From Albugo candida (lineage: Eukaryota): 57,013 bases of DNA. The DNA is taken from contig JBDOQK010000088.1 in assembly GCA_040437565.1 (NCBI GenBank), forward strand, positions 1-57,013, given 5' to 3'. The notes under the pieces were generated by a model. That model searched no databases. It saw nothing but the letters and a program-made list of their open reading frames with translations, and was not told the origin of the DNA. A program made the position numbers and the translations under genes. Shown here piece after piece: positions 24,660-36,050 of the stretch; within the stretch, counting starts at the first letter, position 1, and each line of letters opens with the position of its first letter.

Positions 24660-27600
24660 GTCTAGGCTATCTTTATTCGTATACATATCACAACCGTTTC
24701 GTGAAATTATTTGTGCGAACTAATTTATGTCTTCTCGCTGATAGTCCTGTATTGCGGTAGCCGTAAAAACTTCAGAATACGAGGCCGTGTCTGGCGTCTA
24801 AATGATATAACATGTCCAAAAGTACCGTGCTTTCTAGATTGATGCGCGCCACACTAGGTTGAACGTAGCCATGCAACTAGTACTGGGTTCGGAGTTACAC
24901 TCGTACCTTCTACTTCCCGGTGCCATACCAGAAGCAATGAGCTTCGACTTCAGAAAAATCCAACTAATGACCCTTTCGTTGCGTTGCGAGTGAATACAAC
25001 ACCTGTGCAAGCCAAATGCATTCGCCTTGATCGTACTACTTTTGTCAAAAGTACCGATTCTGAGCACTAGACTTGGCGTAGATCACGGAAAATGCTGGAA
25101 TTGTCGGAGTTGCTGATCACTGATCGAACAAACAATGATTTCGATCGGTCCATAAGAAGTGCAGCGCCACCGGTTGCAATGCAAACCATAAATCAGATAT
25201 CTTTTGCTGATAATTATGAAAGAGATGTTGAATAGATTCCACGGCCCCACACGAATGCTATGGGCACAATATAATGTCGGGCTGAATATACTTTGAAACC
25301 AGAAACGAGATCGAACTGGCAGCATCCAAAAGTCCAGACGAAACTGTATCTCCAAAATCGGTAAGACACTTTTGTGCGAAGATGCCGGGATGCAGCCATA
25401 ATTATTCCAACTCGTTTTGAATCCATTGCGTCCGATCTCTCTCGTGATGAGAAACGTGTCGACATCGGATGACTCTTAGTTGGTCCGGGATGTTTCCGGA
25501 CGATTCGTGAGAGTTGAGAGCATAGAATAGATGGAAAATAATGTCTCCTCTCCTTTCTTTGTACTCCCATATAAAACGATCTGCCACTTGTGTTTGGTTG
25601 ACCCAGGTGATGAGACCAATCGTCGAGTGGATAAGCCGTGGTATCTGCGTGACTTCACGATAAATTCGACTCGATAACTTTTCTTCAGCCATATCCGATA
25701 TATTCTGCTCTTCGTCGCTGTAATGAATGTCGACGAAAGCTTCCTTCGTTGGACATGTGTCACTTTCTCGAAAAACGTTTTAAAGACTTCGGATCTCGAA
25801 AGCTGTAACGAATGATTTCAAAATGTGCGATGTGGTTCGTGCACCAGGCCAAGTCTGTGCTAAGCGTTTTATCTACTGGGATTACGGGTTGCAGCTTCAT
25901 AATGTAATGCTTGGTCGCAGTGGAACCAAATCGGTTCTTCCATATAGTACTGAGGGCGTTGTAGAACATTCCAATATGAAATTGCAATGGTTTAATCCAT
26001 CTGATGCTACATTATTAATGCGGTTTTCACCAAGAAGCTGGGCTCTCCCATTGAACCATTTTCCCATTTCGATGTGGTGCGATGGTGAATGTACCAATCG
26101 GCTTTTGTGGTCCAAAGGAAGGTTGTATAAGCTGTAATAATTCCGTCGAAGCTGTTGATCAGTTCGTAGGAATAATTTTCGATGCATCGGATGCGAACTT
26201 ATGGAGGAATTGAATGCGTTGTAGCTTCAGCCGCCCACGAAAAAAGAAACTCATACTCCACCATCTTGTCGACGAAAATATAGAAACTCTTTGTTGTTCA
26301 CGTGAACGTGTTTCAAATATTTTTTGTGTTTCCGACCAAGCACACATCAATTCAGCATCTACTGCCACTGTCGAATACTCTCTGCAGGTATCTCCACGTT
26401 CATCTTATAACGCCACATACGTGGTCAAAACATCGTCTCCGCAACCAGTAGTCGATCACGAGTAGTTCGTGTACGTCTAAACCCTAAACCAAACTCATCA
26501 TAAAAATGCTTGTCGAGAGTTTGAATAACCATTGAAAGTGGTGTCTGGCCGAATTAAATACTGAAATACTTGATCGAATCGTCCGGACCCATAATGGTTA
26601 GATTTGGAAAACGTGGTCACGGCATAGTCCGATTCAACGAGAGCAATGATGGTTCGATCAAGTTGGGATTCGCACCAGATCCATCGCAATAAACTTAAAC
26701 GAGTTCGAGTTGCGTCAAAATACCAGTTGGTGTTTCGAAAACCAATATAGAACCGATCGGAAAAAATACCCAGTAGTGACCGTGGTGCCATTGATGATTC
26801 GATTGATATCACAAAATGTAATGCTTAGAGAGGATCGCCTTTTCTGATTCTACGTTGTGGTTTAATGGACGCTTTGATAGTTCCATGGAGCATCAACTGC
26901 ATCTTCGGTTTGGTGTACAGAAGATGAACTCGGTCGAAACTTTCTCCAACGCCCATTTTTTCCAAAACTCGAAACATGTACGTCCAATTGACTCGATCAT
27001 AAACGTTCTCAAACTCGAGAAAAGTCGCATACACTTTCTACCCATAATGTGACCAAGTCTTGAATGTTGGTGAGATGTCGAATATGGTGATGCCCCAGCC
27101 TTCCTCGCACAAATGCTCTTTTATCTTGATGGGCCAATATTGGAAAAAAAATCGTTGCAATCGATGCGCCAATACTCAGAAGTGTCCTAAAAAAACGAAA
27201 AGGAGTAGTGTGATTGGTCGGTAGTTGCCAGGATCACCTCGTGATCCTTTTCTACAACAAGGTGATTGCCGAGTGACGTTGTGATCGAACGAAGATATTC
27301 CAGTTGATGTACGAACACGATCTAGACACCCGCCGAACGTTACCGGGTCAAGCTGATAAAATGTAGTTGGTCGTCCATCATACCTGGAGAGGGACTACTC
27401 CACATGCACTTTATAGGGTCAGCCATTTCTGTCGTACTTAAGCGAGTTTGAAGGACGGTCTTGCTCTTCCAACACAGGAAAAACTTAATTCGAATCAAGT
27501 GGCCTGTTCTACGTCTTTCGAATGAATCATAGGAGTTGGTCTCGGAGCCATAGAGAGAGCCCACGACACCATTCAAATGATTTCTGAATGTGTCATTAAT

Positions 27601-29700
27601 TTCCCTCGGGCTCGATGTCACGGAGCCACATTTATGACATGTTAGATCGGCACGCGTTGACAAGAACTATCCGGAGGGAGTAGAATATGCTTGGAGGAGC
27701 TTTGCATATGCTTGACGTGATGATCAAAGCTCTCATCTTGGTTGGATTTGGCGTTATTATGACCGAAATCCTGAATTTTCAAGACTCGATTTGTAAAAAT
27801 GACTTGACTGATTGGTGTCTTAAGTGCGATATCGAGCTACTGCGGCTTCCAAAACACGAGCGTTAGACTCAAAATCACGTAAAATATCTTTTGCAATCTT
27901 TTTTTTTAATTCCTTGAAGCTGTTTCTTGACTTTCGTCTTCCAGCTTTCACACTTCTTTCCTCGATTTCGAGATTTTCCGCAACTGGTCGAGCACCAAGT
28001 TCGCTTCCATTCGATTGCTTCGACAACTTGAGGATATTTTACTAGTTGTAATAAAGGCTTCCAGTATCCTCTCCGTGGAGATTGAGTTGCATTTGCAAAA
28101 GTTACTGTATATGCCAGATGGTCTCCTGCATGTCGTGGACGGAAATATTTGGAGTCTTTGCAAACCACATCCAATAGTTCAACAGACATGCAGATGTAAT
28201 CAAGTCGATTCTTGCGCTTTAATGGTCCTGTATATAATCTGTCAGTCGTATGTTGCATTCGCCAAGAGTCTACCACACCCAATTGCGAAAGCCATTTGAA
28301 CACGCGAATCGACTTGGTTCGTGTCGAATTGTTCCACTCGAAGCAACGATAGATGGATCGCGTGGTGTGTTGAAATCACCGAATACGAGATGTATTGCGG
28401 TCGATCGGAAAGTTTCGGAGAGCAACAAATCATAGACTCTCCCTCATCCCTTGGCCTTGACCCGTGCATGTACGTTGTGATTGTACAACGGTACACCGTA
28501 AATAGAAAACGAAACAGCGACTCGAATGCTTTGATAGGTGCGTTTTTCAGCTGTTGTATAGCCCGGAAAGTCTGAAGTAGGGATTTACATCACACCGTTA
28601 CTGTGAATCTGAGCTGGATGAATAACAGTACCGTTTGTGGTCTTTGACAAACATTTGGTGCCGCATTTTTGAATGCAGTAAAAGATGAAATGATTGCGAT
28701 TGGTTGTGATCGTGAATTTTGGTTTCTTCAACACAACAAATTTAGTGTTGTGACAGGACGTGGCCACTAGAAAGATGACAAATTTTCACGAATTTCATTG
28801 ACATGTACATCTCCATACCACTCGCTTGGTGCTGGTGCTGACGAGCATTGATTTATTCTCAGGGTACTCGGAGAGAGGAGCGGGATGCTACAAAGTCAGG
28901 AGATAAGGGTGGAGCGATGTTGTCGAAGTAGGTTGAACTGTTACGTAATTGGATCGGATAATTCCTGTTCCACTTTCTTATCCACCATTATTGGCTCCTT
29001 TGGCGTTTTGTTTTCATTTTGAGCGTGCCATGAATGCCTCTTTTGGTGCCTTAAATTCTCCTTCATCATTGTGCTCGTTTAGAAGAGCAGTAAGATTCAG
29101 GTTGCCCGAGTCGAGCTCGTTTCTGTTGGAATAAGATCATTCTTACCCCGCAAGGTGGGAGTTGTTTGCCGGAAGAAATTTGTTCGCACGCACCGATGCT
29201 TGTTGGCACGTGAGGGACGTACCGAAAATTTATCACGTCGAAATGAAAATTCTTTCGGGAACTTTGCATATCGAAAGATATTGAGGAGAATTTTCACAAC
29301 TCTTTCCGCGGAGAAATCATAATATACCCTTCCGTTCAATCTCAAATCTACTTCAACTACGTTCAGGCATTAAAGGCGCTCCAACATTCCGTACTCACTG
29401 AATTAGTACTTTTAAACCCAGGATTGTGACTAACTGGCACGAAAGTTGTTCCCACGAATTAGTGTACGTGTCCATCACACGAAAGTTTCCTCTGGTAAAT
29501 CGGTAAACTTTTGAAACATGCGACTATTCAAAAGAGATTTGTAAACCGGGTAGCCATGATCCCGGAGGAGTAAAATTAATAATCTTCCATTAGAATGCGG
29601 GTCAATGTCTGACCAATTTCCATTGTCAATAAATAGGCCAATCCTGATACTCTAGCCAGCCCCGATCAGAAGGTACACCGGGTAACGGTGTTCTCCTGTT
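24660..29700 (-). mobile_element. Decayed L1/Tx1-like LINE with AP endonuclease and reverse transcriptase
   Basis: Endonuclease motifs VVDSWR, NRLDYI and GDHLA (27875-28303). RT motifs PSPGM, GNYRPITL, FLEFENVYDRVNW and IRKGDPL (26825-27400). Many stops and frameshifts; boundaries are approximate. Confidence 0.85.
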
Positions 29701-30227
29701 CTGCGTAGTATGTAACGCTCCAACCTCCCTATCGATCTCCTACACATTTATTATCTGCTGTAGTTTTTAGCGATCTTGGCATGTCCATGATTCATGGAGT
29801 GCATAGATATCTTTTAGGAATAATCCTTCCCCACCCATCCGATGCCCAATATTCTACATAAAGTATTCGAATCAGCAACCTTCAGATTTGAAAATAAAGG
29901 CCTTACTGCTACATCAAAACGGTGGGTCCGAAGGTAGAGCAAACGAATCCCAGGCCCAATCTCGTTGCTTCGAATTCCGCAAATGTGGGCAGAGGCTTGA
30001 GTACACTCAAGCGGAAGTTGAATAAATGTCTGCCTCTCAGACTGATAGCTGAGGTGATATTCACGTGGTCAAAAACTCATAAGAGTATAAGATAGATATA
30101 TATTCCAGGCGAACAGCATAATGGAAATTCTCGGTACCCCCACTCCTCTGAATGGTGTGCATCACTATTAGATTATACTTAGATTAGTTATGTAGCAAGA
30201 CTATAGCATGATCTCAATGAGGAAATC

Positions 30228-30542
30228 ATGAATAGGAGTATTTTTCGTCTGGGTAGCTTTTGCCTCCTGTGCTTATCATTTGTTCTTCTTTTCTCGAGCA
30301 AACCAGTTCGAAGTATCGGAGAAAGAAATGAAGAAAAACGATCTCTTGTGCTCACGATCCATAGTTGTAATAACATGAAATCAAGTCAAGGATTCAATTC
30401 GAATTTCTACCCCGTAGAGATTAAGCCGAACGACCGAACGACACGCAGGTATCGGTCCACTCCTACTTATCCTGTGCTGATACGTCAACCATCAGCGTAT
30501 TGCATCGCTAAGTACTCGATAAACGTAGTATCAATGGCGTGA
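30228..30542 (+). CDS. Signal-peptide ORF, 104 aa, probably the 5' part of a decayed secreted gene
   Basis: Hydrophobic leader MNRSIFRLGSFCLLCLSFVLLFSS. Another frame continues with coding-like VSVHSYLSCAD..*..DVIAILGSYKEPSC. Confidence 0.45.
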   Translation: MNRSIFRLGSFCLLCLSFVLLFSSKPVRSIGERNEEKRSLVLTIHSCNNMKSSQGFNSNFYPVEIKPNDRTTRRYRSTPTYPVLIRQPSAYCIAKYSINVVSMA

Positions 30543-31527
30543 AGAATGACGTGATCGCTATACTAGGGTCATATAAGGAACCTTCGTGCACTCTATAAAG
30601 GGACACTTATCCTACTCATGACGGCATCAAAGAACTAAACCACTTGAGCGGCTGACCACTATCAACGACTTCGGAAGAGAAACCCGGAATGGTGGTATAA
30701 ACTTCTCGACTCACATTCCCCTCTTTTCCTGCTTAGCATCCTATCGGATCTTGACAGGCTTAAACAGCGAAGATGTACAAGGCGAAGATGAGGGGGAAAT
30801 GAAAACTAACATTAAGAAATATCCAATGAAAAAAAAGCCGGCAAATATTCTTTGATTGGTCACATCTATCGGAGAATTTACAGAATAGGAACACAGGATC
30901 GCAAAGCACTAAAGAACGCTCGAAAGACGCACACATTTGAGCCAAATCATAAAATATTATAAATGATTTGAGTCGGAGATGGAAGGCTACTCATGTACAA
31001 GTACACTTTGGACCAGCAATCACAACGCCAATGCTGATAGACTTGATTTTGTATCCCTTGAGTTCAGAATGTATTGATACACGTTCCGTCATCTGCATCA
31101 CGACCACGTGACTCTAAGAATATAGCATACTGCTAATATGAATAGATGACAATCATCTATTTACCTTAGGCCTCTCATAGTAACGGCAGCTTGCTGATAC
31201 ATACATACACTCACAAATACGGTGATTGGATCAAAAGAACGCTCGAAGGTGAACAGGTTTCTTGAGGAAATGCGATCTTTGCATTATACTCCTCACTCGT
31301 TGAGAAATGTCTCAATGAAGTAACGAGAATGAAGTATTCGAATTTCAGCTAACGTGTCGTTTATATGCATTGTCCGATCTGGTTGCGCTCTCATCGCCAT
31401 CTCATACGTGTTATGACGTCAGCAAACAGGATAGTACACTGCCATGTCCTCGTTCGACAGAGGGTTTAACATTGACGTGGCGACTAGGGACGTACCTACG
31501 CATCCTGCGAGTGCGTCCAACAAGTTC

Positions 31528-31542
31528 TCATTCCCCAATTTC
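31528..31542 (+). promoter_or_regulatory. Oomycete INR/FPR core promoter
   Basis: TCATTCCCCAATTTC is an exact match to TCATTYYNCAWTTT. Confidence 0.6.
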
Positions 31543-31596
31543 TTCTCACTCTCAAAAGCACGTCCTACAACATTGTCTATCACTGTAATAAAACAA

Positions 31597-32034
31597 ACGT
31601 TGTTGCGCAGAGGAGTGTTGGTATTGTGTCTCGTGTTCTCTATATGCGAGGATCATACGACTTTAGCAGGTTTCTTTCGACAAAGTCGTCAAGGAAGGGG
31701 GAAGAGCTTGGGTGTAAAACGATCCATATTTAAATTTCCATCATTCAGAACAGCGCCAGAAGGAAAGAAACAACGCGAACAAGAGCGTGTCGGGAAGAAG
31801 GAGAGAAGAATTGTTCGGAGAGGACAAAAAAAAGCACAAAAGCAGGCCGAGAAAGACAGACGAAGGCAACGGCTATAAGACAAAAGCATCGCGGATACGT
31901 TTACCCCGCGAGCGTCAAAGAGAGACCCTGATATGGAATACGAAGTAATGAGACGTGAAGCGATTCATAGAGGGAACAATGTGGGCAGCAAGGATTTTCT
32001 TGCATCACCGCGTGCGTCTCCTTCTTCTCTATAG
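31597..32034 (+). pseudogene. Basic secreted-protein gene with lost start (ACG) and probable premature stop
   Basis: An ACG 69 nt after the INR precedes the leader LLRRGVLVLCLVFSICEDHTTLA and a Lys/Arg-rich body. The TAA at 31876-31878 is followed by 51 more in-frame sense codons. Confidence 0.5.
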
Positions 32035-33190
32035 GCAGCTTCGTACATTGTACACTTGCATTGATCTCACCGCAATTAATGTTCAATACAAGGCTCATTT
32101 CCTTCGCATTCGCTGGTCTTTGAAGTATGAGCAAAACGTAAAAGCATCTAATTCTGCTCTTTCGTTTTTCTGTCTCTATTTCATGCAGGAAGGTTATCTG
32201 ATTAGACTCTAGCAGCGCCATATTTTCTAAAAACGACTCGACGACTCTCTACCGACGTTAGTCGCATTGCGGGGAAAGAGACCGCACAGCTTGCAACGCA
32301 ATTAATCTCCATGATCATCAAATTGACTCTAGAAACGTCGAGTGGAGAATCTCCTGTGCTGTCTTCTAAAACTCGACTGAGTATAGAGATACAGTACGTT
32401 CAGTCTATTTTCAATGAAGCTGAAAATTGGCCAGTACTTCATTCGGCCATCTGGACTTGTAAGCGTAGGGTGACATCGATTGTTTCCCGCGTACGATGTG
32501 CTGTAGTATAGCGGTCGAGTCTGAGCTAGCCTCATCGCCAACGGTGTCCAGTGCGATAGTATTTTCGGCGTTCGAGAGAGAAGCCTCTTATCAATACCGC
32601 AATCTCGCAACATTATGCTGCTTCACAAACATCAACACATAGCTCAATAGCTTGCATCACAGTGCGCTAGTTTAGCCATGAAACACGGATGCAGTGTAGT
32701 TCTTTACCCGCCACACGTGACCAGCTCGTATAGTAGAGTTATTAGACTCTGAGAGCGATTAGTGAGCAAGTCAGTAATCTCACTGGAGTCGATAACGTGC
32801 ATTTTCGAATCATCAATAATTCGAGAAGCTGACTCGTCTTTTCTTTCTATCTATCTCATGACAAACGGCTAGAAACTGGATAATTATATGCTCAAAGTCC
32901 GTCTTCTTTTCAAGAACGTGTATAATGAAAGTTACATACGTATCTGAATTATGAAGGCGAAGATGAAGCCTCTTCTATGTCGAAATGCCGGAATCGTCAT
33001 CGTCTACGCGAATGCCGACTCTCACTTATAGCACGGAAGTGATTGCGGACGATAGTGCTCTGCACGGTCCAAATCGTCGTGACTGCAAAGCTTCGCTTTC
33101 TCGTGTGAAAAGCAAACCGGCACTTGCAAACAGATAATTGGTCCACCTTACTCTTAAGCTCCACCTTTTTGTAGAAGCTGCGCATATATT

Positions 33191-33391
33191 TTGACGATAC
33201 TCGTGTGTTGCATCTTCTTCATTTTAAGCTTTGTTGCTACGCGTGCTATCCAATCTCGGAGTATCCACCACTGCAGTCATGTTTGTACAGGAAGCTGTAA
33301 AGAATACTCTCTGATGAATTATTGTATTCCAGTGGAGATAATAAATGATAGCTGCTCTCCCAAAGAATGCTACAGGAAGAAGAGAAAATGA
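33191..33391 (+). CDS. Small cysteine-rich secreted peptide candidate, start unresolved
   Basis: Hydrophobic leader TILVCCIFFILSFVATRA, then six Cys (C-x3-C-x3-C-x8-C-x9-C-x4-C) and a basic tail. There is no in-frame ATG; a possible splice acceptor CCTTTTTGTAG ends at 33174. Confidence 0.4.
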   Translation: MTILVCCIFFILSFVATRAIQSRSIHHCSHVCTGSCKEYSLMNYCIPVEIINDSCSPKECYRKKRK

Positions 33392-34644
33392 TGCAAAAGC
33401 CACAGTAGTTCAATTTGCAGTCTTCTTCAATTCGCACAAGACCTACATTATCCTCTGTGTCGCGGCCGTGAGTCGAAACGAAGGACTGATTCATATACAA
33501 GCTAATGCACATGTTCTATAACTTAAGCTTTCAATAGACACTGAATGTCAACATGTTGGACACGAGCCGTGACTTTACCTGTGGTACAATGGCAGCTTTC
33601 CACCAAAAGACGCGCGAAGATGAGATTAATTGTCGCAAGCATGTAATTTCGCATGTTCGGGTTGCGAACAATCTCGCTACAGTTTATCATCTACTGGATC
33701 GACATTGATGGTAAGTTTTACTACGTACAAAGCAACGACAAGACTATTGGAAGATACATCCCATCTGCTTGCAAGTATACCGCTGATTTGTAGGTATTGA
33801 TGTGACGCAAGCGCATAGATATTTTGCTCGCATCGATTATGAAAGGTTTGCATTTGAGCTACTTCACATCGCGATGCTCTCGTGGCTCATAAATATCTCT
33901 ATACATTCCGCTATTTCGAAAAAATCAACGAAATCCTTTATCCGCTGTGATGCTCAAATGACCCTACGACACCCATCTCATTGCAATGTATACTACGCGA
34001 CTGCTATTTTCTATGTATCAGAGGCTCTTCGCGCTAAATGTATCGTATGCTGGATTGTTTTGCGGTATGTAAGCGTTTCTAATCAATAAAGCGTATCACC
34101 GTCTACAAATCTTTCCAATTTAAGTTGACGTCTTCAACTTGCATATTTTCGATAACTAAACATTTTATGTAAATTGATTATAAGACCATTCATACATCGT
34201 CCGTGGCGTTGCTCTCCGTGTATTTTTCAGGTAAAATGCATTCTTCTTGGAATTGAAAAAAAAGGCCGTGAAAAAAAAGCCAATTAAGCGAATAAGAAGC
34301 AGCTGCAAAACTTGATCTATATACGGACCGAGCCGGACATGGAAATGCACATAAGCGTTAGATTAGATTACGATATGATCCATATCGTTCGTTCGACGCC
34401 TCATTTTGTGGATAATTTGCCATTTTTAGAACCGCTTATATCAGCCACATAGGTGATAGGACTAGAATTTCGTGCCTCGTTAAAGTGCAGTCAAAAACTC
34501 TGAAGTTACTATCTATATCATTTATTGCGCTGTCAGAGACGTTCAATCTCATCATGAGGCTCGTAAGATTATTTGTATTCAGGCACCTGACTAAAAAAAC
34601 AGTAATGAATAGTGGGATAAAACTGAGTGTTTATGTGCTTTCTC

Positions 34645-36050
34645 AAGCTGTACGAATAAAGATATAAGCTTGTTCACCCTTTTTGACAGAAGAATCATTT
34701 GCTATTCTTCCAAAAGGCAGCGAGGTCAACGGACATATTTCTTTGAGAGCTGTCTCATATTAAAAAGAAGCACATGACAGCACCTTGATTGAAGTGACGT
34801 GATGGAACAATAATAAAGCTCTTTATTGTCTTTGAAGAAAAACTATATTCTGTTTCATGACCATTATGTTGATCAACACAGCACGACTCGATACAAGCGT
34901 CATGCAGCGTCCATATACTTTTAGTTTTGGTCTCCTCAGGCTGGGAAGGAAAGTAGATATCCTCAGAGGACCCATGCCAATTAATAATTTGATTAGAATC
35001 AGATCCCTTCTGGGCTCGTTTCAGTCTAGGAATCCGAAGAGCATTCCATATGCTGGTTTATGCAATTTTTATATCAAGAAAAACGCCTACCACCAAGAAT
35101 ATATGGAGATTCGTGGCGCTGATAATCTTCAAAAAAACATTCTTACACCATTCCAGTGAAATATGCGCAAATCTTACTTAGAACGTTGACTGAAGATTCA
35201 GTAACATCGGACAATGAATTGTGCATAAAACCTTGCTTTTTTGTTTCATTCTAATGGAATTTAAGGATGCAGCCTCCAAGTAAAGCTCACCAGCGGTNNN
35301 NNNNNNNNNNNNNNNNNNNNNNNNNNNNNNNNNNNNNNNNNNNNNNNNNNNNNNNNNNNNNNNNNNNNNNNNNNNNNNNNNNNNNNNNNNNNNNNNNAAG
35401 CTGTACGAATAAAGATATAAGCTTGTTCACCCTTTTTGACAGAAGAATCATTTGCTATTCTTCCAAAAGGCAGCGAGGTCAACGGACATATTTCTTTGAG
35501 AGCTGTCTCATATTAAAAAGAAGCACATGACAGCACCTTGATTGAAGTGACGTGATGGAACAATAATAAAGCTCTTTATTGTCTTTGAAGAAAAACTATA
35601 TTCTGTTTCATGACCATTATGTTGATCAACACAGCACGACTCGATACAAGCGTCATGCAGCGTCCATATACTTTTAGTTTTGGTCTCCTCAGGCTGGGAA
35701 GGAAAGTAGATATCCTCAGAGGACCCATGCCAATTAATAATTTGATTAGAATCAGATCCCTTCTGGGCTCGTTTCAGTCTAGGAATCCGAAGAGCATTCC
35801 ATATGCTGGTTTATGCAATTTTTATATCAAGAAAAACGCCTACCACCAAGAATATATGGAGATTCGTGGCGCTGATAATCTTCAAAAAAACATTCTTACA
35901 CCATTCCAGTGAAATATGCGCAAATCTTACTTAGAACGTTGACTGAAGATTCAGTAACATCGGACAATGAATTGTGCATAAAACCTTGCTTTTTTGTTTC
36001 ATTCTAATGGAATTTAAGGATGCAGCCTCCAAGTAAAGCTCACCAGCGGT
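34645..36050. repeat. Gap-flanking overlap (34645-35297 = 35398-36050), probable assembly artefact
   Basis: Copies look identical at offset 753 around a 100-N gap. Confidence 0.85.

Noticed and set aside
26477-26490. Telomere-like CTAAACCCTAAACC
   Set aside because: Only two units, inside LINE coding remnants that continue on both sides; compatible with chance.
34554-35159. Stop-interrupted frame leading into ORF 34857-35159
   Set aside because: It may be a decayed gene, but there is no recognisable motif or convincing signal peptide.
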